Assembly: GCA_965205485.1 (NCBI GenBank)
Contig: OZ242180.1
Coordinates: forward strand, 2,688,001-2,752,000
Direction: 5' to 3'
DNA: 64,000 nt
Source of the DNA: Candidatus Latescibacterota bacterium
GTDB lineage: Bacteria > Latescibacterota > UBA2968 > GCA-2709665
In this document: in pieces, positions 43,309 through 51,218 of the stretch
Layout: each line of letters starts with the position of its first letter
Numbering within the stretch: position 1 is the stretch's first letter
Notes under the pieces: model-generated
What the model was told of the DNA's origin: nothing
Seen by the model: only the letters and a program-made list of their open reading frames with translations
Database searches by the model: none
Made by a program: the position numbers and the translations under genes

Positions 43309-43647
43309 ATGATTATGACCACCACACCGGGTATCGAAGGCAACGATGTGACCACCACACCGGGTATCATCCGTGATTACAGGGGCATCGTCACCGGCGA
43401 GGCGATCCTCGGTGCGAACATCTTCAAGGACTTCTTCGCCGGCATTCGCGACATTGTTGGCGGGCGATCCGCGGCGTACGAAAAGGAACTGAAGCAAGCC
43501 CGCGAGATCGCATTTTCGGAGATGGAGGAAGCTGCCAGGCAGGAGGGCGCCAACGCCGTCGTGGGCATCGACCTGGACTATGAAGTCGTTGGGGATGGCA
43601 GCATGCTCATGGTCTCGGTCAGCGGCACGGCCGTGACAACCGACTGA
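43309..43647 (+). CDS. YbjQ/UPF0145 family protein
   Basis: [24 protein letters not shown]. Confidence 0.9.
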   Translation: MIMTTTPGIEGNDVTTTPGIIRDYRGIVTGEAILGANIFKDFFAGIRDIVGGRSAAYEKELKQAREIAFSEMEEAARQEGANAVVGIDLDYEVVGDGSMLMVSVSGTAVTTD

Positions 43648-43913
43648 CCGGCGCCGCCGATGAGGAAGCCGGTGTGAGGGTGGGGCGGACATTCCTGTCT
43701 GCCCACGTATGCCAGGCCGAAACATCGGGGTCCTGTGTCCGGACATACGCCGGGTCCTGTGGAAACCGCGCAATTGATCGGACTGGCGCCTCAGGCCTGC
43801 TGGGGCGACCCTCCGGTCGCCCTTGAATTGTCATCGCTTCTTGCATCGGTTACGGAAATCCGCTATGATTTAATGAATTCATCGTTGAAACCTATTCACC
43901 TCGAGAACGGCCA

Positions 43914-44276
43914 ATGGGCGCGACTTACGTTGATGTAACCATCCGCAACCCCGCGGATCCGGAACGTTATTGGACCGGGAAATTTCTCGTCGATACAGGC
44001 GCATTCGACTCGCTTGTACCCAGGGCTCGGCTCGATGCGATCGGACTCACGCCAAGGGGCCGCCGCGAATATGTACTTGCGGATGGAAAGCCCATTGCCA
44101 TGGACATAACAATTGCGGAACTGGAGTTTGAAGGAGAAGTCGTCGGCGGGACAATCGTGTACGGGGACGAAGGCGCCGAACCGTTGCTCGGTGTGACCGC
44201 ACTGGAGTCCGGCGGATTCGAGGTCGACCCTCGCAATGAACAGCTCAAGCGGCTGCCGGCCGTTTTGTTGAAGTGA
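43914..44276 (+). CDS. Clan AA aspartic protease
   Basis: LVDTGA; LADG; PLLGVTALE. Confidence 0.85.
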   Translation: MGATYVDVTIRNPADPERYWTGKFLVDTGAFDSLVPRARLDAIGLTPRGRREYVLADGKPIAMDITIAELEFEGEVVGGTIVYGDEGAEPLLGVTALESGGFEVDPRNEQLKRLPAVLLK

Positions 44277-44423
44277 TGCAGTGTCTCCATGCGCTGCAAC
44301 ATGGCTGATGAATGGTAGTCGACGCAAAGTGGGCAACCACAAGGGTTGCCCCTACCAAATCATCCCGATGCGCAGTTTCCGAAGGGGCGACCAGCCGGTC
44401 GCCCCTTCGACTTTATTCTACGC

Positions 44424-44457
44424 TGTCGCAATACCTGCGACAATCCCTTCTTACGTT
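44424..44457 (+). promoter_or_regulatory. Palindromic operator + TAnnnT upstream of the WYL gene
   Basis: TGTCGCA-N5-TGCGACA-9 nt-TACGTT. Confidence 0.65.
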
Positions 44458-44474
44458 TATGTGGAGGGTTTCAG

Positions 44475-45446
44475 ATGGAACGCACAATGACCCGCGCCGA
44501 ACGTCTAAAGGCGATCGAGACTTATCTCTATCAATCGGCGGGCGGCAAGAAGGCCACGGACATCGCCTCGCGGTTCGCCGTACACCGAAGTACGGTGTAC
44601 CGGGACATTCAGTCGCTGGGCGAATCCGGGTCGCCGATATGGGAGGACAACGGGCAGTTCGGCGTGTTGAAGGAACGATATCTGACCACCGTCCGTGTCA
44701 ATCTGCACGAGGCCCTGGCGCTCTACCTGGCCGCTCGCCTGCTCTCTGCGCACAGCGACGAACACAATCCGCACGTCGTCTCTGCGCTCGAAAAGCTCGC
44801 AAGCGCAATGCCGGAGTCCATCGGCGAACACATCAACCGAACGGCCGCGGTTGCCGACAGGCGCAGGCCCGATCGCGATCACATCCGCATTCTGGAAACG
44901 CTCACGCGCGCCTGGTCCGAACGCAGGCAGGCGCGTATCGTCTACCACAACCCACAGACCGGCGAAACCACCGATCGTACCGTAGATCCCTACTTCATCG
45001 AGCCTTCGCCCGTGGGATACGCCTGCTACGTCATCGGTTACGACCATTTGCGGCAGGACATCCGAGAGTTCAAAGTGGAGCGAATTGAACGGGCGACGCT
45101 GCTGGAGACAAGATTCAAGACGCGGGTTGGCTTCGATCCGTACGAATTCCTCGAGCACTCGTGGGGCATCATGGGCGGTAACGAGGTCGTGGACGTCGTA
45201 CTCCGGTTTTCGGAGAAGGTCGCGTACCGCGTTCGGGAATCGGACTGGCCGGGGGTGGTGGACGTGACGGACGAGCCCGACGGCGGCTGCCGGCTGCGGC
45301 TCAGGGTGAAGCACACGCTCGAGATGAAGCCGTGGATCCGAGGCTGGGGGCCGGAGTGCGAGGTGCTGGCGCCGGAGGAGCTGAGAAACGAGATCGCCGA
45401 GGATATGATCAAGGCGGGGAGTGTGTATGAATCAGGATCCGTCTGA
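44475..45446 (+). CDS. WYL-domain transcriptional regulator (HTH-WYL-WCX)
   Basis: HTH (VHRSTVYRDI); VDPYFI..CYVIG..REFKVERI; WIRGWG.ECEVLAPEELR. Confidence 0.95.
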   Translation: MERTMTRAERLKAIETYLYQSAGGKKATDIASRFAVHRSTVYRDIQSLGESGSPIWEDNGQFGVLKERYLTTVRVNLHEALALYLAARLLSAHSDEHNPHVVSALEKLASAMPESIGEHINRTAAVADRRRPDRDHIRILETLTRAWSERRQARIVYHNPQTGETTDRTVDPYFIEPSPVGYACYVIGYDHLRQDIREFKVERIERATLLETRFKTRVGFDPYEFLEHSWGIMGGNEVVDVVLRFSEKVAYRVRESDWPGVVDVTDEPDGGCRLRLRVKHTLEMKPWIRGWGPECEVLAPEELRNEIAEDMIKAGSVYESGSV

Positions 45447-45747
45447 GATCAGAGACAGTAGGGGCGACCGGCCGGTCGCCCGCACAAAAACAACGCCAGC
45501 GCGAGGTTTCGGTTGTGGGCGGCCCTCCTATCTCTTCCGTCTTCGCCTCTTGCTGGCGGCCGGGGATTTGTTGGGTGCTACGATCCGTACTTCCCCATGC
45601 GCCGCCGGTTGACTTCCCTCTGATTGTCTGACCCGCATTTCGATAAACGGCTGTGAATTCCAACTTCTGTTGCACAGCCGCAACCTCTGTGACGCAAAAT
45701 GCGACATTTTTCACCATAAAATCAACAAATAGGACGAAGAATTCATC

Positions 45748-46443
45748 ATGAGTTCAACAATATATCCGTATATTGTACTCTCACGAACAACGGCACTGAA
45801 TGGCAGAACACCAAACTGGTTTGGGAACAATCAAGTTAAGGATGCCCGCATTGGCGACATCAATAGTGTGGGAATGGAGGACAGTTTGACGAGAGCCGAA
45901 ATCATCGCGCGTCGCCGCGAGTTCGAGATCCCAGGATACAAACACAAGTACAAGACGCTTGCAGACGTCGGGTTTGACGGCGAGTGGGTTACGCCATACC
46001 AGATCGTGTCGAGTTCCGAGACGGGTCCGGTACTGGTCGCACACTACTGGCTGGATGCCCCACAAGTCAATAGACATCGCCAGGTGCTGAAGGAGCACGG
46101 CTGGCTGCCGGGTATTCCCTTCAACAAAGTACTGACGCTGGCCCTTGAGCGGGCGAACCTGACCCGCGAGGACATCTATGTCACGCAAGCGTTTCATCTG
46201 TTGCCGTACAAGCAGTGGCCGCCGTTCCGTATACGACACATCGATGAATCGTTTGACAGAATCACACGGCACGAGTGCGCGGGTCGGACGGTCATCGCAC
46301 TCGGTACGGTCGCGCAACGCGCCTGTCGCCGCGCCGGCGTCGAGGCCATCGAATGTATCAGCCCAAGCGCTCGCCTGAGTTGGGAGTACAAGGTGGAAGA
46401 ACTCGCTAAGGCGCTGAAGACCGCGTTGGTGCGGATCGGATGA
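45748..46443 (+). CDS. Uracil-DNA glycosylase-superfamily protein
   Basis: LTREDIYVTQAF, VIALGTVA and SPSAR resemble UDG motifs; real start may be 45874. Confidence 0.55.
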   Translation: MSSTIYPYIVLSRTTALNGRTPNWFGNNQVKDARIGDINSVGMEDSLTRAEIIARRREFEIPGYKHKYKTLADVGFDGEWVTPYQIVSSSETGPVLVAHYWLDAPQVNRHRQVLKEHGWLPGIPFNKVLTLALERANLTREDIYVTQAFHLLPYKQWPPFRIRHIDESFDRITRHECAGRTVIALGTVAQRACRRAGVEAIECISPSARLSWEYKVEELAKALKTALVRIG

Positions 46444-46691
46444 GACGCCGGATGACACAGACAATCGTGACGACAGTTACGAACCGGTCGAGCAGCCTAA
46501 GGGTTGTGATGGCGCCGGCGACTGTTCTGATGCCCTGACGAGATCCTTGTAGATGGCCGAGAAGTTGCACATCGGACGGCATTCAAAAGCTCAAGCCGTA
46601 AACCGATGCCTGTCACATCTCCTGCTTTTCTGTTTTTCGGACGTCTTCGATGCCTGTCAACATCGTTTTTGCTTTTGGCTGTTCGCGGATC

Positions 46692-46802
46692 GCTTCCGTT
46701 CACTTCGGTGGGGGAGCGGATTGAAACGTAGGATCGGTCGGCTCGAAGGTCGTCACCGGCCCCAAAATCTCCCCGCACTTCGGTGGGGGGCGTGGATTGA
46801 AC
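46692..46802 (+). CRISPR. Orphan mini-array: two 36-nt type I-C-like repeats, one 39-nt spacer
   Basis: Both repeats end CACTTCGGTGGGGG(A/C)G(C/T)GGATTGAAAC (25/27 identical); spacer 46728-46766. Confidence 0.75.
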
Positions 46803-46914
46803 TTCGCGGCGGGACCCAGGTAGTACTGCGCGCCAATTCAACCTATACATTCGGGTCCAGCCTGTGATGTTCGGACCGGGTATTGATCCAATTTCATGAT
46901 GAAATGAGGCGACT

Positions 46915-47541
46915 ATGGATATGACCGAAATCTCCAGTCTGCTGGCACTGACGCTCGGGGTCGGCTGGGCTAGCGGGATCAATCTGTATGCAACCGTGTT
47001 TACTTTGGGGCTCGCCGGTTTAACAGGATACGTGGAATTACCTGATCAGCTCGATGCGATCCAGAATCCCTGGGTACTTGTCGCCGCAGGTTTGATGTAC
47101 CTTGTGGAGTTCGTCGCCGACAAGATCCCTGGATTCGACACGGTTTGGGATGTCATCCACACCTTCATTCGCGTTCCGGCGGGTGCTCTGATGGCTTTGG
47201 GGGCAACGGGTGATCACGGCTTGGCCCTGGATATGACTGGTGGACTGGCCGGCGGTATCATGGCCCTGAATAGCCACGCGACCAAGATGGGTTCGCGCGC
47301 GGCCATCAATACGAGCCCTGAGCCGTTTTCCAACTGGGCTGCATCAATCACAGAGGACATATCCGTCGTGGGCGGCTTGTGGCTGGCACTGAACCACCCC
47401 TGGACGTTTCTCGGTTTGCTGGTGTTGTTCGTCGTGCTCTCCGTTTTTTTGTTGCGGATAATCTGGTCAACTCTTAAAGCGGCGATTCGGAAAGTACGAT
47501 CCCGATGGCGTTCCGATCTCGCCCATAGTAGGGGAGAATGA
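46915..47541 (+). CDS. DUF4126-family membrane protein
   Basis: GWASGINLYA, EFVADKIPG.D..WD, SPEPFSN..S..ED. Confidence 0.9.
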   Translation: MDMTEISSLLALTLGVGWASGINLYATVFTLGLAGLTGYVELPDQLDAIQNPWVLVAAGLMYLVEFVADKIPGFDTVWDVIHTFIRVPAGALMALGATGDHGLALDMTGGLAGGIMALNSHATKMGSRAAINTSPEPFSNWAASITEDISVVGGLWLALNHPWTFLGLLVLFVVLSVFLLRIIWSTLKAAIRKVRSRWRSDLAHSRGE

Positions 47542-47635
47542 GCTTGCCGTTCCAATACGTGATTTGTCCCCCCGAGAATTCTCGACCTACCGCTGAGCAT
47601 CAACTGGCCCGCCCGCCGGCCCGGCCATAGGGACG

Positions 47636-47672
47636 CTTACTGGGAATCTTCCATCAGAACAAGGATTGAGAC
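47636..47672 (+). CRISPR. Type III-like CRISPR repeat R1, leader of small ORF A
   Basis: CTTACTGGGAATCTTCCATCAGAACAAGGATTGAGAC (37 nt). Confidence 0.75.
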
Positions 47673-47676
47673 GATT

Positions 47677-47853
47677 ATGCGAAATAGACAAGACACCGCT
47701 GGTATGCTGGTCTGGCATCCCGACGGCAAGCCCTACTCGCCGGCCGACTACGAAAAGGCGGGCATGCCGGTGCCCACGCCCGAGCAGCTCGCCCACTGGG
47801 CCGAGACCGACCGGTGGATCGCCGAACTCAAAGCCAAGTACGACACCGATTAG
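47677..47853 (+). CDS. Small ORF A, 58 aa, unknown function (absent from ORF track)
   Basis: MRNRQDTAGMLVWHPDGKPYSPADYEKAGMPVPTPEQLAHWAETDRWIAELKAKYDTD; 39/58 identical to ORF B. Confidence 0.8.
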   Translation: MRNRQDTAGMLVWHPDGKPYSPADYEKAGMPVPTPEQLAHWAETDRWIAELKAKYDTD

Positions 47854-47893
47854 CCCCCCTCCGTCGTCAACTCAACCACGTAGTAGTATTCCA

Positions 47894-47986
47894 CTCGCTC
47901 AGAATCTTCCATCAGAAAAGGGATAGAAATGCATGCCGGCAATGGCCGGTGCCTCGTGAGAGTCTTCCACCAGAACAAGTGGAGAC
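47894..47986 (+). CRISPR. Degenerate mini-array R2-21 nt-R3
   Basis: R2 CTCGCTCAGAATCTTCCATCAGAAAAGGGATAGAAAT; R3 CCTCGTGAGAGTCTTCCACCAGAACAAGTGGAGAC. Confidence 0.7.
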
Positions 47987-48101
47987 GTTGTTACACCGGC
48001 GGCAATAATTACCGACATGCGTGTCGGGGGACCTGGTCTATGAGGATCCCAACGACAGTCCATTCTATTGCAGTGAGCCTCGATCGAAGTGAAGGAATTG
48101 A

Positions 48102-49433
48102 ATGACCGCAGCCGGCAGGGAGAACGACCTAGCGCCCGTTGAGCGATGTCTTTCCATCGGCACCTGGAACATGGATCACTGGAAACGGACCACGCAGCAG
48201 CGCCGGGACGCATGGGATTACCTCAAAACAAACCGCAATGCTGACGTGATGCTGCTTCAGGAAAGCGTCGCGCCGGCTGGTATCCCCCGTACCAGTTTCG
48301 TGCACCGAGAGATCGCTGGCCGGCGGCCATGGGGATCATCGGTTGTGGCGTTCGCGGATGACGTGGAAATCGAGGAGGTCGATGCCGTACGCACCCGCTA
48401 CGGCGCCACGAGATACAGCTTGCTGGGAAGCCTTCCGGGTTCCTTAATCGTCGCTCGAATCCACGTGCCTGAAATCGGCCCTATTACGTGTGTGAGCGTC
48501 TATGGTACGATAGATGGCGTCTATGCGCAGACAACGATGTTTCGTGTTATTGCCGACCTGGTTCCGCTGTTTGACTCGGGCGACGGCAGGCGGGTCATTC
48601 TGGGCGGCGACTTCAATATTACAACAGCGGCGTCTCCCGAAACGCCCGAACGGCCTCGATACCGCGCCATCTTGTCTGGCATCGAATCACTCGGACTCGT
48701 CAATCTCGCCGAGACGGCAAAGTGTCGCCCGGACTCCATGCCTGGTTGTCCGTGCAGTGCCGATGATTGCCGCCACATCCGAACGTTCGGCGACAATCCT
48801 GGCACGCAGCTCGATTGGCTGTACGCCACGGAGGAACTCGCACGCAGGTGCACACGCCTGTCCGTCGATCACACCGTTATGGGTACAATGAGCGACCACG
48901 CGCCGCTCGTTGCCGAGTTTCGAGTCCCCCCGCTCGAGGGCAGCGGGGTTGTCGATCCGGATTCATTCGTCCGGGAACTTGCGGTCCGCACTGGTTCCGA
49001 GTGTGCTCGAATCGCGGAAGAACTGATCGCGTGGGCGCACTGGAAGCACGCGGAGCTGGATCGATGGGACCGGAAGGCCGTGTCCTTTGACCGATTGCCG
49101 ACGCGTGATAGCGATCCGCCGGAAATCTGGTTCCAGCTCGATAAAGGACGTCCGGGTCGAGAGAGGAATCTGTTGCAATGGACCTTCAGCATCAAGGCAC
49201 ACGGGCGCGTCGTCGTGCAATTTCGATGGTTGACCGGCCCGTTCAAACAGATGAGTGCGCGGGAAGAACTCTGGTCAGATTTGTGCCGGATTGAAGGCGT
49301 GTCTCTGGACAAGAATCTGAATAGCAAACCGAGCTTTTCCTTAAAGGCCCTGGCGCAGCCTGATCGCCTCGAGCAGTTTCAGCAGGTGTTTTCCAATATG
49401 ATTGACAAAACGCTGCAGGGAAACGCGGATTGA
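48102..49433 (+). CDS. Endonuclease/exonuclease/phosphatase (EEP) protein with extra C-terminal domain
   Basis: TWN, LLQE, GGDFN, QLDW, SDHAP; about 170-aa C-terminal extension. Confidence 0.85.
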   Translation: MTAAGRENDLAPVERCLSIGTWNMDHWKRTTQQRRDAWDYLKTNRNADVMLLQESVAPAGIPRTSFVHREIAGRRPWGSSVVAFADDVEIEEVDAVRTRYGATRYSLLGSLPGSLIVARIHVPEIGPITCVSVYGTIDGVYAQTTMFRVIADLVPLFDSGDGRRVILGGDFNITTAASPETPERPRYRAILSGIESLGLVNLAETAKCRPDSMPGCPCSADDCRHIRTFGDNPGTQLDWLYATEELARRCTRLSVDHTVMGTMSDHAPLVAEFRVPPLEGSGVVDPDSFVRELAVRTGSECARIAEELIAWAHWKHAELDRWDRKAVSFDRLPTRDSDPPEIWFQLDKGRPGRERNLLQWTFSIKAHGRVVVQFRWLTGPFKQMSAREELWSDLCRIEGVSLDKNLNSKPSFSLKALAQPDRLEQFQQVFSNMIDKTLQGNAD

Positions 49434-49502
49434 GACTGAACAGGACCCTTGAATCGTCGTCGTGAATGATCCGAGGAATACAAACTATGTGAAGGAGGTT
49501 CC

Positions 49503-50093
49503 GTGGACACGAGTGGTTTATCCGAATTCAGCCGTGATCTGGAGTCCTTGATCGGCAAGCCGACCGATCTGCGCCCGTTCGTTTGTGAAGGTTCTCCACT
49601 TGAATGCGAAGTGTTCCTCGTAGGTTTCAATCCTGCGAGCCCCATGTCCGTAGACTTTTGGGATTTCTGGAAGGACAGCTATGGATTCAACAAATGCGCC
49701 TGGTTCGAGAAGTACAAGTACGAGCGACGGAACCGCCCGCTGAAGCGTGGAAGGACGAGAAGGAATGAAGTAAGCAACACGCGTAGAACCATAGATGTCG
49801 TCGTCGAAAGTGCCAGACCCGTCAAATGCCTCGAAACGAACATCTACGCGAATGCGACTGAGCAGAAATCGGACCTGAAAGCAAAAGACAGAGTCACGGC
49901 GCCCTTCGACTATCTCCTGCACGAGGTCGCACCTAAGCTGGTGATTGCCCACGGCAGGGATGCCGCGAGTTACTTGCAAGGGCAGGACCTACCGTGCGAG
50001 CTTAAGTGTGTTCCACATTTCGCACTCGGTTGGTACGAGCAAAGCGCGCGAGATCTGGGTGTGTGTATTCGCAGGTATTGCGAAGGAAAGTAA
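49503..50093 (+). CDS. UDG-superfamily protein
   Basis: VFLVGFNP, ETNIY, PKLVIAHG, PHF motifs. Confidence 0.6.
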   Translation: MDTSGLSEFSRDLESLIGKPTDLRPFVCEGSPLECEVFLVGFNPASPMSVDFWDFWKDSYGFNKCAWFEKYKYERRNRPLKRGRTRRNEVSNTRRTIDVVVESARPVKCLETNIYANATEQKSDLKAKDRVTAPFDYLLHEVAPKLVIAHGRDAASYLQGQDLPCELKCVPHFALGWYEQSARDLGVCIRRYCEGK

Positions 50094-50167
50094 CCGCACC
50101 TCGCCGCGCAGACGTCAACTGATTGGATTTTTGGTTCAGGCTGATAGCCAATAGCTTGCTTCTCTGT

Positions 50168-50201
50168 TGTCGCAATTCCTGCGACAGATCCGGTTTATCT
50201 T
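50168..50201 (+). promoter_or_regulatory. Second palindromic operator + TAnnnT
   Basis: TGTCGCA-N5-TGCGACA-9 nt-TATCTT; palindrome 18/19 identical to 44424-44442. Confidence 0.65.
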
Positions 50202-50357
50202 GATATGGGTTGAGCAATATTGGTGAAACATCCGATGAGATGTACGGCTCTGTTCTTGGCGGGCAGGAACAGGACGGGAACGATTTGATGCCGCACGCTT
50301 CCGCATGACCGTTTTCGGGTACAGTCTCGAAGGTACAACCGGGTGGAGGGCTGAGCG

Positions 50358-50906
50358 ATGCCAAATGGAGGATCCGACTGTTGCGGGACCTGCTGGTTCA
50401 ATCGAAGGAATCAGGGCGAGCGCGACTGGTTGGCGCACGCAGACGAGAGTATACCGCCCTTTTGCGAGATCAGGGACATCGAGGTGGAGGATCCGTTCTA
50501 CACCTATTGCGCGAACCATCCTCATCGCCGGCCCGATCGCGACACCATTCCCATCGGGCCGGTGATGCGCCACGGCGGATGGAAAGAGGAACGGCGCGTC
50601 GAGGACGGTCAAACCATTTTATCCAGTTGCGAGAATCCTCGTTACGTCTGGAAACCCTCGCCGGATTCGGAAGAGATTCGCCAACACCTGCTGAATCTGC
50701 TGAATAGCATTTTCGAGCACATGTCAAGGGACCGGTATCCGATAGGCGCCGGTCTGGGAGAGACGATTATCCGGCAACTTGGCGAGTTTCGGGAGGAACG
50801 GTCGGTGAAGTATCTCGAATGGATACGCGAGAATCTCGAAGATTCGCTGGATTTCATGGCAGTCGCTGCCAACGAGGCGCTGGGCAAGATCCAGGAAAAT
50901 GAATAA
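50358..50906 (+). CDS. Cys-rich hypothetical protein with HEAT-like C-terminus
   Basis: CCGTCWFN...C...CANH; LGEFRE...AANEALGKI; GGAGG RBS. Confidence 0.75.
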   Translation: MPNGGSDCCGTCWFNRRNQGERDWLAHADESIPPFCEIRDIEVEDPFYTYCANHPHRRPDRDTIPIGPVMRHGGWKEERRVEDGQTILSSCENPRYVWKPSPDSEEIRQHLLNLLNSIFEHMSRDRYPIGAGLGETIIRQLGEFREERSVKYLEWIRENLEDSLDFMAVAANEALGKIQENE

Positions 50907-50961
50907 GCAGTGTACCCGGACGACAACACAGACCTTTTCGGAGAGATCGTCGACGGCTCGT

Positions 50962-50998
50962 TCCGCTGAGAATCTTCCTTCAGAACAAGGATCGAAAC
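50962..50998 (+). CRISPR. Type III-like CRISPR repeat R4, leader of small ORF B
   Basis: TCCGCTGAGAATCTTCCTTCAGAACAAGGATCGAAAC; 29/37 identical to R1. Confidence 0.75.
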
Positions 50999-51002
50999 AG
51001 CT

Positions 51003-51179
51003 ATGCGAAACAGACAAGATAGCGCAGGCATGCAGTGCTGGCACCCTGACGGCACGCCCTTCTCTGACGCCGACTACCGCCGGGCAAACCTCCCTGTGCC
51101 CACACCTGCGCAGTTGGCACACTGGGCCGAAATGAAACGGCTCATCGATGAGATGAAAGCACGCCACGACACCGAGTAA
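51003..51179 (+). CDS. Small ORF B, 58 aa, paralog of ORF A (absent from ORF track)
   Basis: MRNRQDSAGMQCWHPDGTPFSDADYRRANLPVPTPAQLAHWAEMKRLIDEMKARHDTE. Confidence 0.8.
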   Translation: MRNRQDSAGMQCWHPDGTPFSDADYRRANLPVPTPAQLAHWAEMKRLIDEMKARHDTE

Positions 51180-51180
51180 G

Positions 51181-51217
51181 CCCGGCGAGAATCTTCCGTT
51201 AGAACAAGAGAGGACAC
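51181..51217 (+). CRISPR. Degenerate repeat R5, leader of the DUF6361 gene
   Basis: CCCGGCGAGAATCTTCCGTTAGAACAAGAGAGGACAC; fills nearly the whole intergenic gap. Confidence 0.7.
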
Positions 51218-51218
51218 A

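Larger units (their letters stand above)
41982..45481. repeat. Cluster of GTAG-type REP palindromes
   Basis: Identical GTAGGGGCGACCGGCCGGTCGCCC at 41982 and 45458; variants at 43680, 43802, 44331 (minus strand) and 44381. Confidence 0.8.

Noticed and set aside
47568..47601. CCCCCGAGAATT and CCGCTGAGCATC resemble repeat 5' ends
   Set aside because: Too short and no 3' halves; at most eroded remnants
47666..47926. Track ORFs 47666..47926 and 50899..51135, which resemble each other
   Set aside because: Shadow frames; lengths and stops are conserved only in the 58-aa frame
48013..48028. Palindrome CCGACA-TGCG-TGTCGG upstream of the EEP gene
   Set aside because: Orientation and spacing differ from the WYL-type operator; single instance
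49427..49436. GGATTGAGAC at the EEP stop, identical to the R1 3' end
   Set aside because: Only 10 nt; the GAATCTTCC core is absent and it lies mostly in coding sequence
50941..50960. Possible self-target of the 46728-46766 spacer upstream of R4
   Set aside because: Only about 9/18 ungapped matches with no seed; expected by chance in GC-rich DNA
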